Source: Dehalococcoidia bacterium
GTDB taxonomy: Bacteria > Chloroflexota > Dehalococcoidia > DSTF01 > JACRBR01
NCBI GenBank assembly: GCA_035650575.1
Contig: DASRHM010000123.1
Coordinates: 1,234 to 65,233 of the forward strand
Length of the DNA: 64,000 bases
Reading direction: 5' to 3'
In this document: piece by piece, positions 37,080 to 47,386 of the stretch
Numbering within the stretch: position 1 is the stretch's first letter
Layout of the letters: each line of letters starts with the position of its first letter
Position numbers and translations under genes: made by a program
Notes under the pieces: generated by a model
Told to the model about the DNA's origin: nothing
Seen by the model: the letters and a program-made list of their open reading frames with translations, nothing else
The model's database searches: none

Positions 37080-37555
37080 TTAACCCCGGGCGTCCTGCGG
37101 GAATGAGCCGCTCCAGCGCCTGCCGCAGCACCGGCCCCAGCCACTGCGCGACGCTGTCGGCAGCCGCGATGCGCCCCTGCGCCGCGCGCCTGGCGGCAAT
37201 GCGCAGGCCGTCGGCGAGCGCGTAGACGACGATGCGCCGCCGGGACTACGCGCCCGGCTCGCCGTAGCGTTCGATGAACCACGCGAGGCGGCGCCGGCAA
37301 GCCCGCCGCGCGCGCCCGCTCGATCGCCCATGCTTCGAGCACGAGCGCGCAGTCGCCGCCCGAATCGTGCTCGGCCCTCAGCACGACGCCGGAGCCGTCG
37401 TCGAACGTCGCCTCCCACACGAAGCGCGGCAGGAGCGTCTCGTGCTGCACGATCGTCGCAGGCGCCCGCCCGCATGCGCGCGCGATCACCTCGCGCACCA
37501 GTCGTCCGTCGATCACGCCCGCCCGTACGGCATGCACGTCCGGGGCATCAGTCAT
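37080..37555 (-). pseudogene. Degraded gene remnant (possible phosphotransferase/kinase-like); frameshifted with an internal stop
   Basis: The first ~95 aa are coherent (MTDAPDVHAVRAGVIDGRLVREV...FVWEATFDDGSGVVLRAEHD). The frame then decays to Arg-rich nonsense. A second coherent segment in another frame (IVVYALADGLRIAARRAAQGRIAAADSVAQWLGPVLRQALERLIPAG) is preceded by a TAG. Confidence 0.35.
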
Positions 37556-38210
37556 CGCGGTTGTAGCGGTTCATCGCCGCGTCGATGCCCTCGGCGATCG
37601 CGCACTCGATCGCCGCGATCGCGCGCTCGACGCCGGCGTCGAGCAGCTCGCGCTCCTCGGGCGTCGGGTCGGAGAGCACCCATCCGGCGACGTGCTCGGG
37701 GTCCCACGAGGGCTCGCCGCGCACGACCGGCCGGCCGATGCCGATGCGCACGCGCGGGAACTCATCGCTGTGCACCAGGTCGATGATGTTCTGCAGCCCC
37801 TTCTGGCCCCCGGCGCCGCCCTTGCGTCGCAGCCGCACCTTGCCCGCCGGCAGGTCGAGGTGGTCCGATACGACCAGCAGCTCCGCCGGGCCGTCGATCC
37901 CCAGCCGGTCGACGAGCGCGCGCACCGCCTTGCCCGCGTCGTTGTTGAACACGCGCGGCTTCGCGAGCGCGACGCGCCGGCCCGCGATCTCGCCCTGCGC
38001 GAGCTGGTACGTGCCGGTCTTCGTCGAGAACTCCATCCCGTGGCGCCGCGCGAGGCGGTTCATCGTCCAGAAGCCGACGTTGCGGCGATTCGCGGCGTAT
38101 TCGCGTCCGGGGTTCCCGAGCCCGAAGACCAGCCGGATGTGCTGTTCTTCCTCGCCGCGCCCACGCTCATGCGCCTCTCGGCCGGCGAGCGCGCGGCGGA
38201 GGAAGCTCAC
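37548..38210 (-). CDS. pth: Peptidyl-tRNA hydrolase
   Basis: Pth signature LVFGLGNPG...Y..NRHNVGF. GTG start with GGAGGG SD. About 25 aa of N-terminal extension before the conserved block. Confidence 0.85.
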   Translation of the reverse strand: MSFLRRALAGREAHERGRGEEEQHIRLVFGLGNPGREYAANRRNVGFWTMNRLARRHGMEFSTKTGTYQLAQGEIAGRRVALAKPRVFNNDAGKAVRALVDRLGIDGPAELLVVSDHLDLPAGKVRLRRKGGAGGQKGLQNIIDLVHSDEFPRVRIGIGRPVVRGEPSWDPEHVAGWVLSDPTPEERELLDAGVERAIAAIECAIAEGIDAAMNRYNRDD

Positions 38211-38608
38211 CGGCCCTCCGGCGGCTTGCGGAAGCGCACCACCTTCTTCTTCGCGCGCGGGCGGGCGGGCGCCGGCCGCTGCTCGGCACGGATGTCGTTG
38301 AGTACGCGCCCGAGCTCCTCGCGTGTCCAGCGCGCCGGCTCGAACACGCGCAGGAACGTCACGTCGGCCTCCAGCGATTCGAGCGACTGCTCGGGGGTCG
38401 CGCGCTCGCGCAGCGCGGCGAGCGTGCTTCGCAGGCGACGCACCGCCGGCGCGCGGGCGGGCGGGCGTTCGTGCGCGTCCGGCGGGTCGAGCCGCGCGGC
38501 GAGCTCGGCGACGGCGTCAGCATAGGGCGGGAGTTCGAGCGCGTGGCGGATCACTGCCGTGTACGCGGCGAGCGTCTCCGCGTCGCCGTCACCTGCGCGC
38601 GCGCTCAT
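38207..38608 (-). CDS. Hypothetical protein with basic C-terminal tail, overlapping the pth start
   Basis: 133-aa ORF, 4-nt overlap with pth. No recognisable motif. Confidence 0.4.
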   Translation of the reverse strand: MSARAGDGDAETLAAYTAVIRHALELPPYADAVAELAARLDPPDAHERPPARAPAVRRLRSTLAALRERATPEQSLESLEADVTFLRVFEPARWTREELGRVLNDIRAEQRPAPARPRAKKKVVRFRKPPEGR

Positions 38609-38641
38609 GGGCGGATGATACCAGCGCCGGGCTGAGGCGCG

Positions 38642-39847
38642 TCAGGCGGTGAGCGCCGCCGCCTGGCGCCGGGCCGCGCGCGACCGCTCGACCGCCGGCG
38701 CGAGGCACGCCACCGCGCGCGCGATCTCCTCCGGCGTCGTGTCGTGGCCCAGGCTGAAGCGCAGCGTCGAGATCGCGCGCTCGAGCGAGACCCCCGTCGC
38801 CAGCAGCACGTGCGAGGGCTCGATGTTCTGGCCGGCGCAGGCGGCCCCCGCGCTGCAGGCGATGCCCGCCTCGTCGAGGTCCTGCAGCAGGTCCTGCGCG
38901 TCCGCGCCTTCGAAGCTCATGCTGACGTTGTTCGCGAGCCGCGCGTCCGGATGGCCATTGAGCGCCGCCTCCGGGATCGCGGCCGCGATGCGGTCTCGCA
39001 GCTCATGCGCGAGCGCCCGCATGCGCGCCGCGTCCGTCTCTACTGACGCTTGCGTCAGCCGCAGCGCGACCGCCGTGCCCACGATGCCCGCGACGTTCTC
39101 GGTGCCCGCGCGGCGCTGGCGCTCCTGCCCGCCGCCGTTCTGCTGCGCAAGGAACGGCGCACCCTTGCGCACGTACAGGACTCCCATTCCCTTGGGGCCG
39201 CGGAACTTGTGCGCCGCCAGGCTCAGCAGGTCGACGTCGCGCGTGAGGGAGTCGAGCCGCAACGAGTTCGGCGCCTGTACGGCGTCAGTATGCAGGGGGA
39301 TGCGCTTGCGCAGCGCCCGCGCGCGCTCCGCGACCGCCTGCGCGATCTCGGCGATCGGCTCGATCGTGCCGATCTCGTTGTTCGCCGTCATGACGCTGAC
39401 CAGCACCGTGCGGTCGCCGATCGCGCGCGCGACGTCATCGGGATCGACAGCGCCGTAGCGGTCGACCGGCACGTAGGTCACGTCGAACCCGAACCGTTCG
39501 AGGTACTGACAGGCGTGAAGGACGGCGTGGTGCTCGACCACCGTCGTCACGACGTGGTTGCCCGCCCGTGCCTTCTTCTGCTGGAATGCGACGCCCTTGA
39601 TCGCGGTGTTGATCGACTCCGTGCCGCCGCTCGTGAAGACCACCTCGTTCGGCCGGCAGCCGAGCACGCCGGCGACCGTCGCGCGCGCCTCCTGCACCGC
39701 GTCCGCCGCCTCGCGTGCGAGGCGGTAGGTCGCCGAGGGGTTGCCGAAGGACGCGGTGAGGTAGGGCATCATCGCCTCGAGCGCAGCCGGATGCAGCGGG
39801 GTCGTCGCGGCATGGTCGAGGTAGATCGGGCGTTCGAGGCGTTCCAT
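38642..39847 (-). CDS. Cysteine desulfurase (IscS/NifS class V aminotransferase)
   Basis: PLP-Lys motif SLAAHKFRGPKG. Active-site Cys loop SAGAACAGQ. N-terminal YLDHAATTP. Confidence 0.9.
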   Translation of the reverse strand: MERLERPIYLDHAATTPLHPAALEAMMPYLTASFGNPSATYRLAREAADAVQEARATVAGVLGCRPNEVVFTSGGTESINTAIKGVAFQQKKARAGNHVVTTVVEHHAVLHACQYLERFGFDVTYVPVDRYGAVDPDDVARAIGDRTVLVSVMTANNEIGTIEPIAEIAQAVAERARALRKRIPLHTDAVQAPNSLRLDSLTRDVDLLSLAAHKFRGPKGMGVLYVRKGAPFLAQQNGGGQERQRRAGTENVAGIVGTAVALRLTQASVETDAARMRALAHELRDRIAAAIPEAALNGHPDARLANNVSMSFEGADAQDLLQDLDEAGIACSAGAACAGQNIEPSHVLLATGVSLERAISTLRFSLGHDTTPEEIARAVACLAPAVERSRAARRQAAALTA

Positions 39848-39894
39848 GGGTGCGTATGAGCGTAGCGCCGGGCGGTGGAAGAAGTAAAGCGCGG

Positions 39895-41535
39895 CTAGAC
39901 GGGCGGCTCCTGGGCGCCGAACCGCGCCGCGATCTCCGCGAGGTCGGGCAGGCGCCCCGCCGGCGGCCGTCGCGGGCCCTCGCGCACCGTGCGCACGGTG
40001 CGAGGCATCGCGTCGAGCAGGTCGCTCGCCAGCAGACCGCGGTCGCCCATCTCATGGCCGAGTTCGCCGCCCGCGGCCGCGTGCAGGAACACGGCCGACG
40101 CCGCCGCCTCAAACCCTGCCATCCCCTGCGCGAGCAAGCCGGCGATCGCGCCCGCCAGCACGTCGCCGGTGCCGGCGCTGGCGAGCAGCGGGTCCGCATG
40201 CGGGTCGATGGCGCCGCGTCCGTCTGGCGCGGCCGCGACCGTGTGCGCGCCCTTGAGCACGACGACCTGGCCCCACTCAGCGGCCGCGCGGAGGGCCGTC
40301 GCCAGCCGGTCGTGCTGCACGGCGCGCACATCCGATGCGAGCAGGCGCGCCATCTCGCCGGGATGCGGCGTCAGGACGCAGCTCGCTGGCACGTCTCGAT
40401 GCCATCCCGGCGCCTGCGCGAGCGCGTTCAGCGCGTCGGCGTCCACGACGCAGCCGCGGATTCCCGACGGCACGCCGTACAGGATCTCGAGCACCGCGCC
40501 GCGCGTCTCCGCCGCCTGCCCCAGCCCCGGGCCGATGAGCAGCACGTCGTAGGCGCCGAGGCGGTCGAGCACCAGGCGCGCGGTCTCGCGTGGGTCGTCG
40601 ATCAGCAGGTACGTGGCCTCCGCCAGCGCGGGCGCCACGCATGCCTGGACGTACGGCGAGCAGGCGATCGTCACCAGCCCCGCGCCGGCGCGATAGCACG
40701 CCGCGGCAGCCAACCGCGGCGCGCCGACGTACTCGCGCGAGCCAGCGACCACGAGCACGCGCCCGAACGTCCCCTTGTTCCCGTCCCTCGCGCGCGCGGG
40801 CAGGCGCTCGCGCACCCACGCCGCCGACGTCTGCTCCAGCGTCAGCGCCGCGCCCGCGTCCTTCGGCAGGCCGATGTCGACGACCTGCACGCGCCCCGCA
40901 AGCTCGGACCCGGGGAGGACCGCGAGGCCGACCTTCGGGTAGCCGAAGGTGACCGTCATGTCCGCCCGGACGGCCAGCGGATCGGCGCGCCCGGTATCGG
41001 CATCGACGCCGCTCGGCAGGTCGACGGCGATCACCTGCGGCGCCCCCGGACGGCCGCGCGCGTCGGCGAGCCGCCGCAGGATCTCCGCGAATACTCCGTC
41101 GATCGGGCGGCTCCGACCGGTGCCGAGCAGCGCGTCGATCACCATCTCCGCGTTCTCGATGGCGTCGTCGAGCGTGGCGTATTCGGCGTCTTCCGCCGCG
41201 ACGAACACGGGCACGCCGCGCTCGCGCACGGCGGCGAGGTTCGTGTCGTCCTCCGCGCGTGCGACGGGCTGGTAGACGGCGACATCGGCCTCCCAGTCCG
41301 CCAGGTGTCTCGCCGCGACGAGCCCGTCGCCCCCGTTGTTCCCCGGGCCGCAGAGCACCAGCACGCGGCGCCCAGCGACGACCCCGAGCGCGAGCCATGC
41401 CTCCTGCGCGACGGCGAGCCCCGCCTCCTCCATGAGCGCGCTCACCGGCGTGCCCGCATCGACGGCGCGCTGCTCGAGCGCGCGCATCTGCTCCGATGTC
41501 ACGAGCTTCATAGCCGCCCCCGTCCCCTGAGCCAC
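39895..41535 (-). CDS. nnr: Bifunctional NAD(P)H-hydrate repair enzyme Nnr (YjeF-N epimerase plus YjeF-C ADP-dependent dehydratase)
   Basis: N-terminal YjeF_N (LVLCGPGNNGGDGLVAARHL) and C-terminal carbohydrate-kinase-like domain (GAGDVLAG). GTG start per the ORF track. An internal ATG at 41511 (MKLVTSEQM) is an alternative. Confidence 0.85.
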   Translation of the reverse strand: MAQGTGAAMKLVTSEQMRALEQRAVDAGTPVSALMEEAGLAVAQEAWLALGVVAGRRVLVLCGPGNNGGDGLVAARHLADWEADVAVYQPVARAEDDTNLAAVRERGVPVFVAAEDAEYATLDDAIENAEMVIDALLGTGRSRPIDGVFAEILRRLADARGRPGAPQVIAVDLPSGVDADTGRADPLAVRADMTVTFGYPKVGLAVLPGSELAGRVQVVDIGLPKDAGAALTLEQTSAAWVRERLPARARDGNKGTFGRVLVVAGSREYVGAPRLAAAACYRAGAGLVTIACSPYVQACVAPALAEATYLLIDDPRETARLVLDRLGAYDVLLIGPGLGQAAETRGAVLEILYGVPSGIRGCVVDADALNALAQAPGWHRDVPASCVLTPHPGEMARLLASDVRAVQHDRLATALRAAAEWGQVVVLKGAHTVAAAPDGRGAIDPHADPLLASAGTGDVLAGAIAGLLAQGMAGFEAAASAVFLHAAAGGELGHEMGDRGLLASDLLDAMPRTVRTVREGPRRPPAGRLPDLAEIAARFGAQEPPV

Positions 41536-41957
41536 TCCACGAGGCGGCGGCGGCTCTCAGCGCGGTCGACCGGGTCCGCGTCCGCCGCACCGACGACGGC
41601 GGCGATAGCGAACTCGTGCGAGTGCGTGAGGCTAATGTCGACGGCGCGCAGGCCGATCGTTTCGCCGCGCTTCTTCGCGAGGCCGTGCAGGTACACCAGC
41701 GGCTTGCCGCGGCGGTTGGGCAGGATCTCGATCTCGCGCCAGGCGAGGCCGCGAGCGCCCGTCCCGAGCGCTTTCATCACGGCTTCCTTCGCCGCGAAGC
41801 GCGCTGCGAGCTCCGCGATGCGGCCGCGGCAGAACGCGACCTCCTCCGGCGTGTACACGCGGTCGAGGAAGCGCTGCGGGTGGCGTTCGAGGACCTTCCG
41901 CACGCGCGCGATCTCGATGATGTCGATGCCGACGGCGAACTCCACGGTCGCAGTCAA
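41508..41957 (-). CDS. acpS: Holo-[acyl-carrier-protein] synthase (4'-phosphopantetheinyl transferase)
   Basis: GIDIIEIARV motif and ...FAAKEAVMKALG. TTG start with GGGAGGG SD (alternative GTG at 41945). The C-terminal ~25 aa overlap the nnr start. Confidence 0.75.
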   Translation of the reverse strand: MTATVEFAVGIDIIEIARVRKVLERHPQRFLDRVYTPEEVAFCRGRIAELAARFAAKEAVMKALGTGARGLAWREIEILPNRRGKPLVYLHGLAKKRGETIGLRAVDISLTHSHEFAIAAVVGAADADPVDRAESRRRLVEWLRGRGRL

Positions 41958-42044
41958 CCGCAGTTCCCTCCCGCGCACAATCGGCGGGGGCGGGCTTCGA
42001 TACACTGGCCCGGGCTCCATCTTCGGCAGCCGGGGAGGCGAAGC

Positions 42045-42935
42045 TTGACGGCGCGCATCATCGACGGGACCGCGATCGCCCGGCAGGTGCTCGACGAGTT
42101 GCGGGCGGAGGTCGAGCGCCTGCGCGCGAGCGACGTCGAACCCGGGCTCGCGGTCGTGCTCGTCGGCGACAACCCGTCGTCGGTCTCGTACGTCCGGGGC
42201 AAGACGCGCGACGCGGCCGAGATCGGCATCCGGTCCGAGACCATCCGCCTCTCCGCGGAGGTCACGCAGGACGCGCTCCTCGCGACGGTCGCGGACCTCA
42301 ACGCCGACCCGCGCTGGCACGGCGTGCTGGTGCAACTGCCGCTGCCCGCGCACATCGACGAGACGGCAGTGATAACCTCGATCGCGCCGGAGAAGGACGT
42401 GGATGGCCTGACGCCGGTGAACGTCGGCCGGCTCTTCCGCGGCGAGCCCGCCCTGACCTCCTGCACGCCGACGGGCGTCCAGCAGATGCTGATGCGCTCC
42501 GGCTATGACCCGGCCGGGAAGCACGTCGTGATCTGCGGGCGCTCGAACCTCGTCGGCAAGCCGCTCGCCGGGCTGCTGATGCGCAAGGCGCCGGGCGGCA
42601 ACGCGACGGTGACCGTCTGCCATACGGCCACGCACGACATCGGTGAGCACACGCGCCGCGCCGATATCGTCATCGCCGCGATGGGCCGCCCGAACGCCAT
42701 CACCGCCGAAATGGTGCGCGAGGGCGCCGTGGTGATCGATGTCGGCGTCAACGCGGTCCCGGACGCGACGAAGAAGAGCGGCCGCCGCCTCGTCGGCGAC
42801 GTGGATTTCGATGCGGTCGCCGCGAAGGCCGAGGCGATCACGCCGGTGCCCGGTGGGGTGGGGCCGATGACGCGCGCGATGCTGCTCTACAACACCGTCG
42901 TCGCGGCGCGCGGCGGGCCGGCCCCAGTAGTCTGA
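42045..42935 (+). CDS. folD: Bifunctional methylenetetrahydrofolate dehydrogenase / methenyl-THF cyclohydrolase
   Basis: FolD signatures (IIDGTAIA, YVRGKTR, LPLPAHID, VVICGRSNLVGKPLA, GGVGPMT). TTG start with GGGGAGG SD. Upstream ORF sequence discarded. Confidence 0.9.
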   Translation: MTARIIDGTAIARQVLDELRAEVERLRASDVEPGLAVVLVGDNPSSVSYVRGKTRDAAEIGIRSETIRLSAEVTQDALLATVADLNADPRWHGVLVQLPLPAHIDETAVITSIAPEKDVDGLTPVNVGRLFRGEPALTSCTPTGVQQMLMRSGYDPAGKHVVICGRSNLVGKPLAGLLMRKAPGGNATVTVCHTATHDIGEHTRRADIVIAAMGRPNAITAEMVREGAVVIDVGVNAVPDATKKSGRRLVGDVDFDAVAAKAEAITPVPGGVGPMTRAMLLYNTVVAARGGPAPVV

Positions 42936-43123
42936 CGCGAAGCACCGCACCTGCTGGCGCGTAGCTCTACATAAGACCCGCGCAACGTGCCTCGAGGCGC
43001 CGGGACGACCCCGCGACGCTTGCCTCTCCCTGAAGCGTCTTGCATGATGCGCGATATCTGATCGCGAACACACGGCGCACGATTCCTGAATCTCGCCGAC
43101 ATCGGATCCCCCGTGGAGGTCGC

Positions 43124-43819
43124 GTGCCGAGGGCCTGGGGCTTTCTCACCAACCACGCGCTCGTCCTGATCTATGTCGTGCGCCATCACGATTGCATCGT
43201 CCGCGACATCGCCCGCGGCATCGGCGTCACCGAGCGGGCGACGCTCGCCATCCTCAGCGAGCTGGACGCGGAGGGCATCGTCATCCGCCGGCGCGACGGG
43301 CGCCGGAACCGCTACGCCGTCGACTTCGAGCGCCTGGCAGCGTATCGCCGCGCGGGCACCGTTGCGTTGACGCCGCGCGAGTTCGTCGACCGGCTGATCG
43401 CGGCGCTGCTCGAGATCGCGAACTACCACGGCGGCGCCGAGAGCGTCCGCGGCGTGCCGGCGGACTCCGGCGCGCTCGAGCCCGTCATCGGGCGCTGGGG
43501 GTTCCTCACCAACCATGCGCTCGTGCTGCTCGCGATCGCGCTCGACCGCACCAGCACGGTGCGTGAACTTGCGAACGCCGTCGGCCTCACCGAGCGCGCG
43601 GTCGTCGTGCTGCTGAACCAGCTCGAGGAGGAAGGACTCGTGGTGCGGAGCAAGCGCGGGCGCCGCAACGCCTACCGCATCGACTACGAGAAGCTGCGGA
43701 AGTTCCCGCGCTGGTCGCCGGGTGAGTGGAAGATCCCGGCGCAGCTCGTCGATATCGCCACGCGCGGACTGCGGGCGCTCGCCGCCGCGTCCGCCGGCCA
43801 GGCCGAAGCGGCAGGATAG
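43124..43819 (+). CDS. Transcriptional regulator composed of two tandem winged-helix (FLTNHA-type wHTH) modules
   Basis: Repeat 1 is AWGFLTNHALVLIYVVRHHDCIVRDIARGIGVTERATLAILSELDAEGIVIRRRDGRRNRYAVDFERL. Repeat 2 is RWGFLTNHALVLLAIALDRTSTVRELANAVGLTERAVVVLLNQLEEEGLVVRSKRGRRNAYRIDYEKL. GTG start with GGAGG SD. Confidence 0.7.
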   Translation: MPRAWGFLTNHALVLIYVVRHHDCIVRDIARGIGVTERATLAILSELDAEGIVIRRRDGRRNRYAVDFERLAAYRRAGTVALTPREFVDRLIAALLEIANYHGGAESVRGVPADSGALEPVIGRWGFLTNHALVLLAIALDRTSTVRELANAVGLTERAVVVLLNQLEEEGLVVRSKRGRRNAYRIDYEKLRKFPRWSPGEWKIPAQLVDIATRGLRALAAASAGQAEAAG

Positions 43820-43828
43820 CCGCGCGGC

Positions 43829-45169
43829 CTACCCGACGCCGGCCTGCTGCGCCTCGGCTTCAGTCGCCGGCGCGGGCTCCGGCTCGGCGATCTGGTTGCG
43901 CTCGTAGTACAGGCGGATCAGCGCGTCGGCCAGCTTCTTCGCGTCGTGGCGATAGCGCAGGTCCTCGTCGACGACGTCCGCGTTGACCACCCGCGCGCCG
44001 TTGAGCCGCGTCGCGTCGACGCGCACCGGCTCCGACTGCCAGGCCTCGGGCAGCACCGCGTTCGTGTTGCTGTTCGCGAGCACGAAGTCGAACAGGCTCG
44101 CGCCCTTCAGGTGGTCCTTCAGCGTCCGGTAGTGGTCGCTGACTCCGAACGCGTCCGTCTCGCCGTGCTGCGTCGCGACGTTGCACACGTAGATCTTCAG
44201 CGCCGGCGAGACCTCGATCGCGCGCCGGATGCCCTCGACGAGCAGGTTGGGCAGCACGCTCGTCATCAGGCTCCCGGGGCCGCAGACGATGAGGTCCGCC
44301 TGCAAAATCGCGCGGATCGCGTCCGGGTTCGCCTGGATCGTCGGCGGGTCGAGGAAGATCTCCTTCGCGTGGCCGCGCTCCGTGATGCTCGACTCGCCGC
44401 GCACGATCTCGCCGTCCTCCGTGCGCGCGCAGATCGTCAGCGCGGAGAGCGTCGCCGGCAGGATCTGGCCGCGCACCGCGAGGACGCGGCTCGTCTCGCG
44501 CACCGCCTCCTCGAAGTTTCCCGCGACTTCGGTCATCGCGACGATGAACAGGTTGCCGAAGCTGTGCCCCTCGAGCCCTTCGCCCTCGTTGAAGCGGTAC
44601 TCGAACAGGCGCGACATCAGCGGCTCGGCGTCCGCGAGCGCGGCGATGTTCTTACGGATGTCCCCCGGCGGCAGCACCCCCAGCTCGCGCTGCAGGCGGC
44701 CGCTGCTGCCGCCGTCGTCGGCGATCGAGACGATCGCCGTGATGTTGCCGGTGTATTCCTTCAGCCCGCGCAGCAGCGTCGAGAGCCCGGTGCCGCCGCC
44801 GATCGCGACGATCTTCGGGCCGCGCCGCAGGTAGCGGTGGTTGTAGATGATGTCGACGATGCTCTCGTTGCGTTCCGGCCGGATGAACGCCGAGAGCAGC
44901 GACTGGTTCAGCTTCCACACGGAGAAGCCGATGATGCCGAGCGCCGCCGACACGAACATGGCGCCGCGGATGATGCGCGGCAGGAACTGCAGCGTCAGGT
45001 AGTAGACGAATCCCGGGAACGTGTACGAGACGTAGACCTCGCGCAGGAAGTACCCGAAGCCCAGCCCCATGATCGCGACGCCGATCAGCAGCAGCAGCAG
45101 CCACCGCTTGATGTGCATCCCGAAGTAGAACCACTTGATGAAGGACTGGTCGCGGATCAGGCTGCGCAT
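43829..45169 (-). CDS. CofD/YvcK (UPF0052) family protein with N-terminal transmembrane extension
   Basis: Conserved IVAIGGGTGLSTLLRGL ... SIADDGGSSGRL ... CGPGSLMTSVLPNLL. The first ~90 aa carry two hydrophobic helices. The 5' end has lower GC. Confidence 0.85.
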   Translation of the reverse strand: MRSLIRDQSFIKWFYFGMHIKRWLLLLLIGVAIMGLGFGYFLREVYVSYTFPGFVYYLTLQFLPRIIRGAMFVSAALGIIGFSVWKLNQSLLSAFIRPERNESIVDIIYNHRYLRRGPKIVAIGGGTGLSTLLRGLKEYTGNITAIVSIADDGGSSGRLQRELGVLPPGDIRKNIAALADAEPLMSRLFEYRFNEGEGLEGHSFGNLFIVAMTEVAGNFEEAVRETSRVLAVRGQILPATLSALTICARTEDGEIVRGESSITERGHAKEIFLDPPTIQANPDAIRAILQADLIVCGPGSLMTSVLPNLLVEGIRRAIEVSPALKIYVCNVATQHGETDAFGVSDHYRTLKDHLKGASLFDFVLANSNTNAVLPEAWQSEPVRVDATRLNGARVVNADVVDEDLRYRHDAKKLADALIRLYYERNQIAEPEPAPATEAEAQQAGVG

Positions 45170-45228
45170 GCGGCCCGCCTGTCTGGCGCCTGCTGCGGGG
45201 CGGCGTCGCGTCTCGGTGTCGCCAACGG

Positions 45229-46725
45229 TCAGGCTCTCTCCTGCAGCCTGGCCCTCATGGTCTCGGTGAGCGTCTGCGGGTTCGCGCGTCCTCGCGTCTC
45301 CCGCATCGCCTGTCCCACCAGGAACTTGAGCGCCTCCTGCTTCCCTGCCAGGTACTCCGATACGGGCTTCGGGTTCGCATCGAGCACCCGCTCGACGATC
45401 GCGCCGATCTCGTCGCTGCCGGAGATCTGCTGGAGTCCCAGCTCCCCCACGAGGTCGGCGGGCCGCTTGCCCGTCCGGAACATCTCTGCGAAGACGGTCT
45501 TGGCGATCTTGCCGGAGATCGTCCCCTCCTCAACCAGCGCGATCATATCATAGAGGTCCCGCGGGGCGACCCGCGCATCGTCAATCTCCAACCCCGACGT
45601 GTTCAGCAGCCGCGCGAAGTCCTCCGTCATCCAGTTCGCCACCTTCGTCGCCCGGTCGAGGAACGCCGCCCGGTCGAGCGCCTTCGCCGGCGCGACGGCG
45701 CGCTCGAAGTAGTCCGCCTTCGCCCGCGACTCGATGAGCAGGTCCGCCTTGTAGCGCGTCAGCCCGTACTCCTCCTCGAAGCGGCGCAGCTTGGCGTCCG
45801 GCAGCTCCGGCAGGCGCGCGCCGATCTCCTCGACCTCGCCCGCGGTCAGCGTGACCGGCGGCAGGTCCGGCTCCGGGAAGTAGCGGTAGTCGTGCGCCTC
45901 CTCCTTCGAGCGCTGGCTCACCGTGCGCCCCTCCGCCTCCACCCAGCCCCGCGTCTCCTGCACGATCCGCTCGCCGGCGTCGAGCAGTTGCGTCTGGCGC
46001 TCGACCTCCGACCGCAGCGCCAGGTACACCGCGCGGAAGCTGTTCATGTTCTTCACTTCGACCTTCGCGCCGTACCCCTCGGAGCCGGCCGGGCGCAGCG
46101 AGACGTTGGCGTCGCAGCGGAAGTTGCCCTCCTCCATGTTCGCCTTGCTGACGCCGATGTAGCGCAGGATCTGGCGCAGCTTCACCAGGTACGCCCGCGC
46201 CTCCTCCGGCGAGCGCATGTCGGGCTCGCTCACGATCTCCATCAGCGGCACGCCCGCGCGGTTCATGTCGATCAGCGAGTACGACTCCCCGGTCGCGTCC
46301 GTGCGATGCGTCAGCCGCGCCGTGTCCTCCTCCAGGTGCGCGCGCGTGATGCCGATGCGCCGCGGTGGCGCGTCCTCCACCTCGATCTCGAGCCAGCCGC
46401 CGGCCGTGAGCGGCAGGTCGTACTGCGAGATCTGGTAGCCCTTCAGCAGGTCCGGGTAGGGGTAGTTCTTGCGGTCGAACTTCGCGAAGGAAGGGATGCG
46501 GCAGTTCAGCGCGAGCCCGGTCATCACCGTGTACTCGACGGCCTTGCGGTTGATGACGGGCAGCACGCCGGGGAGCGCCATGCAGACGGGGCAGACGTGC
46601 GTGTTCGGCGGCGCGTCGGCGTAGGCCGCGCTGCAGCCGCAGAACATCTTCCGCTCCGTCAGGAGCTGGACATGCACCTCGAGGCCGATGACCGTTTCGT
46701 AGGTCGTGGCAGGGATGGAAGTCAT
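45229..46725 (-). CDS. gatB: Asp-tRNA(Asn)/Glu-tRNA(Gln) amidotransferase subunit B
   Basis: GatB N-terminal motifs ([27 protein letters not shown]) and the C-terminal GatB/YqeY domain. Confidence 0.93.
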   Translation of the reverse strand: MTSIPATTYETVIGLEVHVQLLTERKMFCGCSAAYADAPPNTHVCPVCMALPGVLPVINRKAVEYTVMTGLALNCRIPSFAKFDRKNYPYPDLLKGYQISQYDLPLTAGGWLEIEVEDAPPRRIGITRAHLEEDTARLTHRTDATGESYSLIDMNRAGVPLMEIVSEPDMRSPEEARAYLVKLRQILRYIGVSKANMEEGNFRCDANVSLRPAGSEGYGAKVEVKNMNSFRAVYLALRSEVERQTQLLDAGERIVQETRGWVEAEGRTVSQRSKEEAHDYRYFPEPDLPPVTLTAGEVEEIGARLPELPDAKLRRFEEEYGLTRYKADLLIESRAKADYFERAVAPAKALDRAAFLDRATKVANWMTEDFARLLNTSGLEIDDARVAPRDLYDMIALVEEGTISGKIAKTVFAEMFRTGKRPADLVGELGLQQISGSDEIGAIVERVLDANPKPVSEYLAGKQEALKFLVGQAMRETRGRANPQTLTETMRARLQERA

Positions 46726-47020
46726 CTATCAGCCTTCGCGCCCGTCCAGATCATAACAGCGCGTGATCACCCTCACAATCAATTGCACGCGCCGCGAAAG
46801 CTCTTGCAGACGCCTCGATCCGCGTGCGCGGGGCCGGCGCCGGATGAGCGCAGACGGGCTCGCTGGTCGCCGGTTCTGGTCGCTGGTCGCTGCTCGCCGG
46901 CCGGCGCTGTCCGCCGCGCCGCGCCCGCACCGTCGATCGACCCAACCCGTCCCCGCGCCGGCGATGCGACGGGCAGCCTCCCCGCTGACCTCCTGCCTCC
47001 GGCCGCGTGAAGCGCGCCGC

Positions 47021-47386
47021 TCACTTCTCGCCGTCCATCGCCTCCGCGATGAGCCGTGGCAATTCCTCGACGAGCTGCGAGCGCGGCACGACGACCTGCG
47101 CCCCCGCCTCGCGGGCAGCGCGCAGCGTCGCCGGCTCCGTGTGGCGCCCGAACGCCAGCACCGGCACCGCCGCCGCGTGCGCGCGACGCACGGCATCGAG
47201 CGCGTCGAACCCCGCCGCGTGCAGGTCGATGACCGCCAGCGCCGGCCCCCCGCTCAGCGCCGCATCGAGCGACGGAGCCGACGCGACGACCTCCGCCCGC
47301 AGCCCGCGCGCCCGCAGCGCCGCCTCGATGCGCGGCTGGAACATCAGGTCCGGCACCACCAGCACCGCCACGCGCTCATCGCCCAT
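47021..47386 (-). CDS. Stand-alone receiver (CheY-like) domain protein, possibly degenerate
   Basis: 121 aa. Phospho-acceptor-like VIDLH and beta-alpha periodicity are present, but several canonical residues (N-terminal acidic pair, conserved Lys) are not obvious. Confidence 0.5.
   Translation of the reverse strand: MGDERVAVLVVPDLMFQPRIEAALRARGLRAEVVASAPSLDAALSGGPALAVIDLHAAGFDALDAVRRAHAAAVPVLAFGRHTEPATLRAAREAGAQVVVPRSQLVEELPRLIAEAMDGEK

Noticed and set aside
42887-43516. 209-aa minus-strand ORF
   Set aside because: Antisense to the tandem wHTH regulator. Acidic low-complexity sequence with no support.
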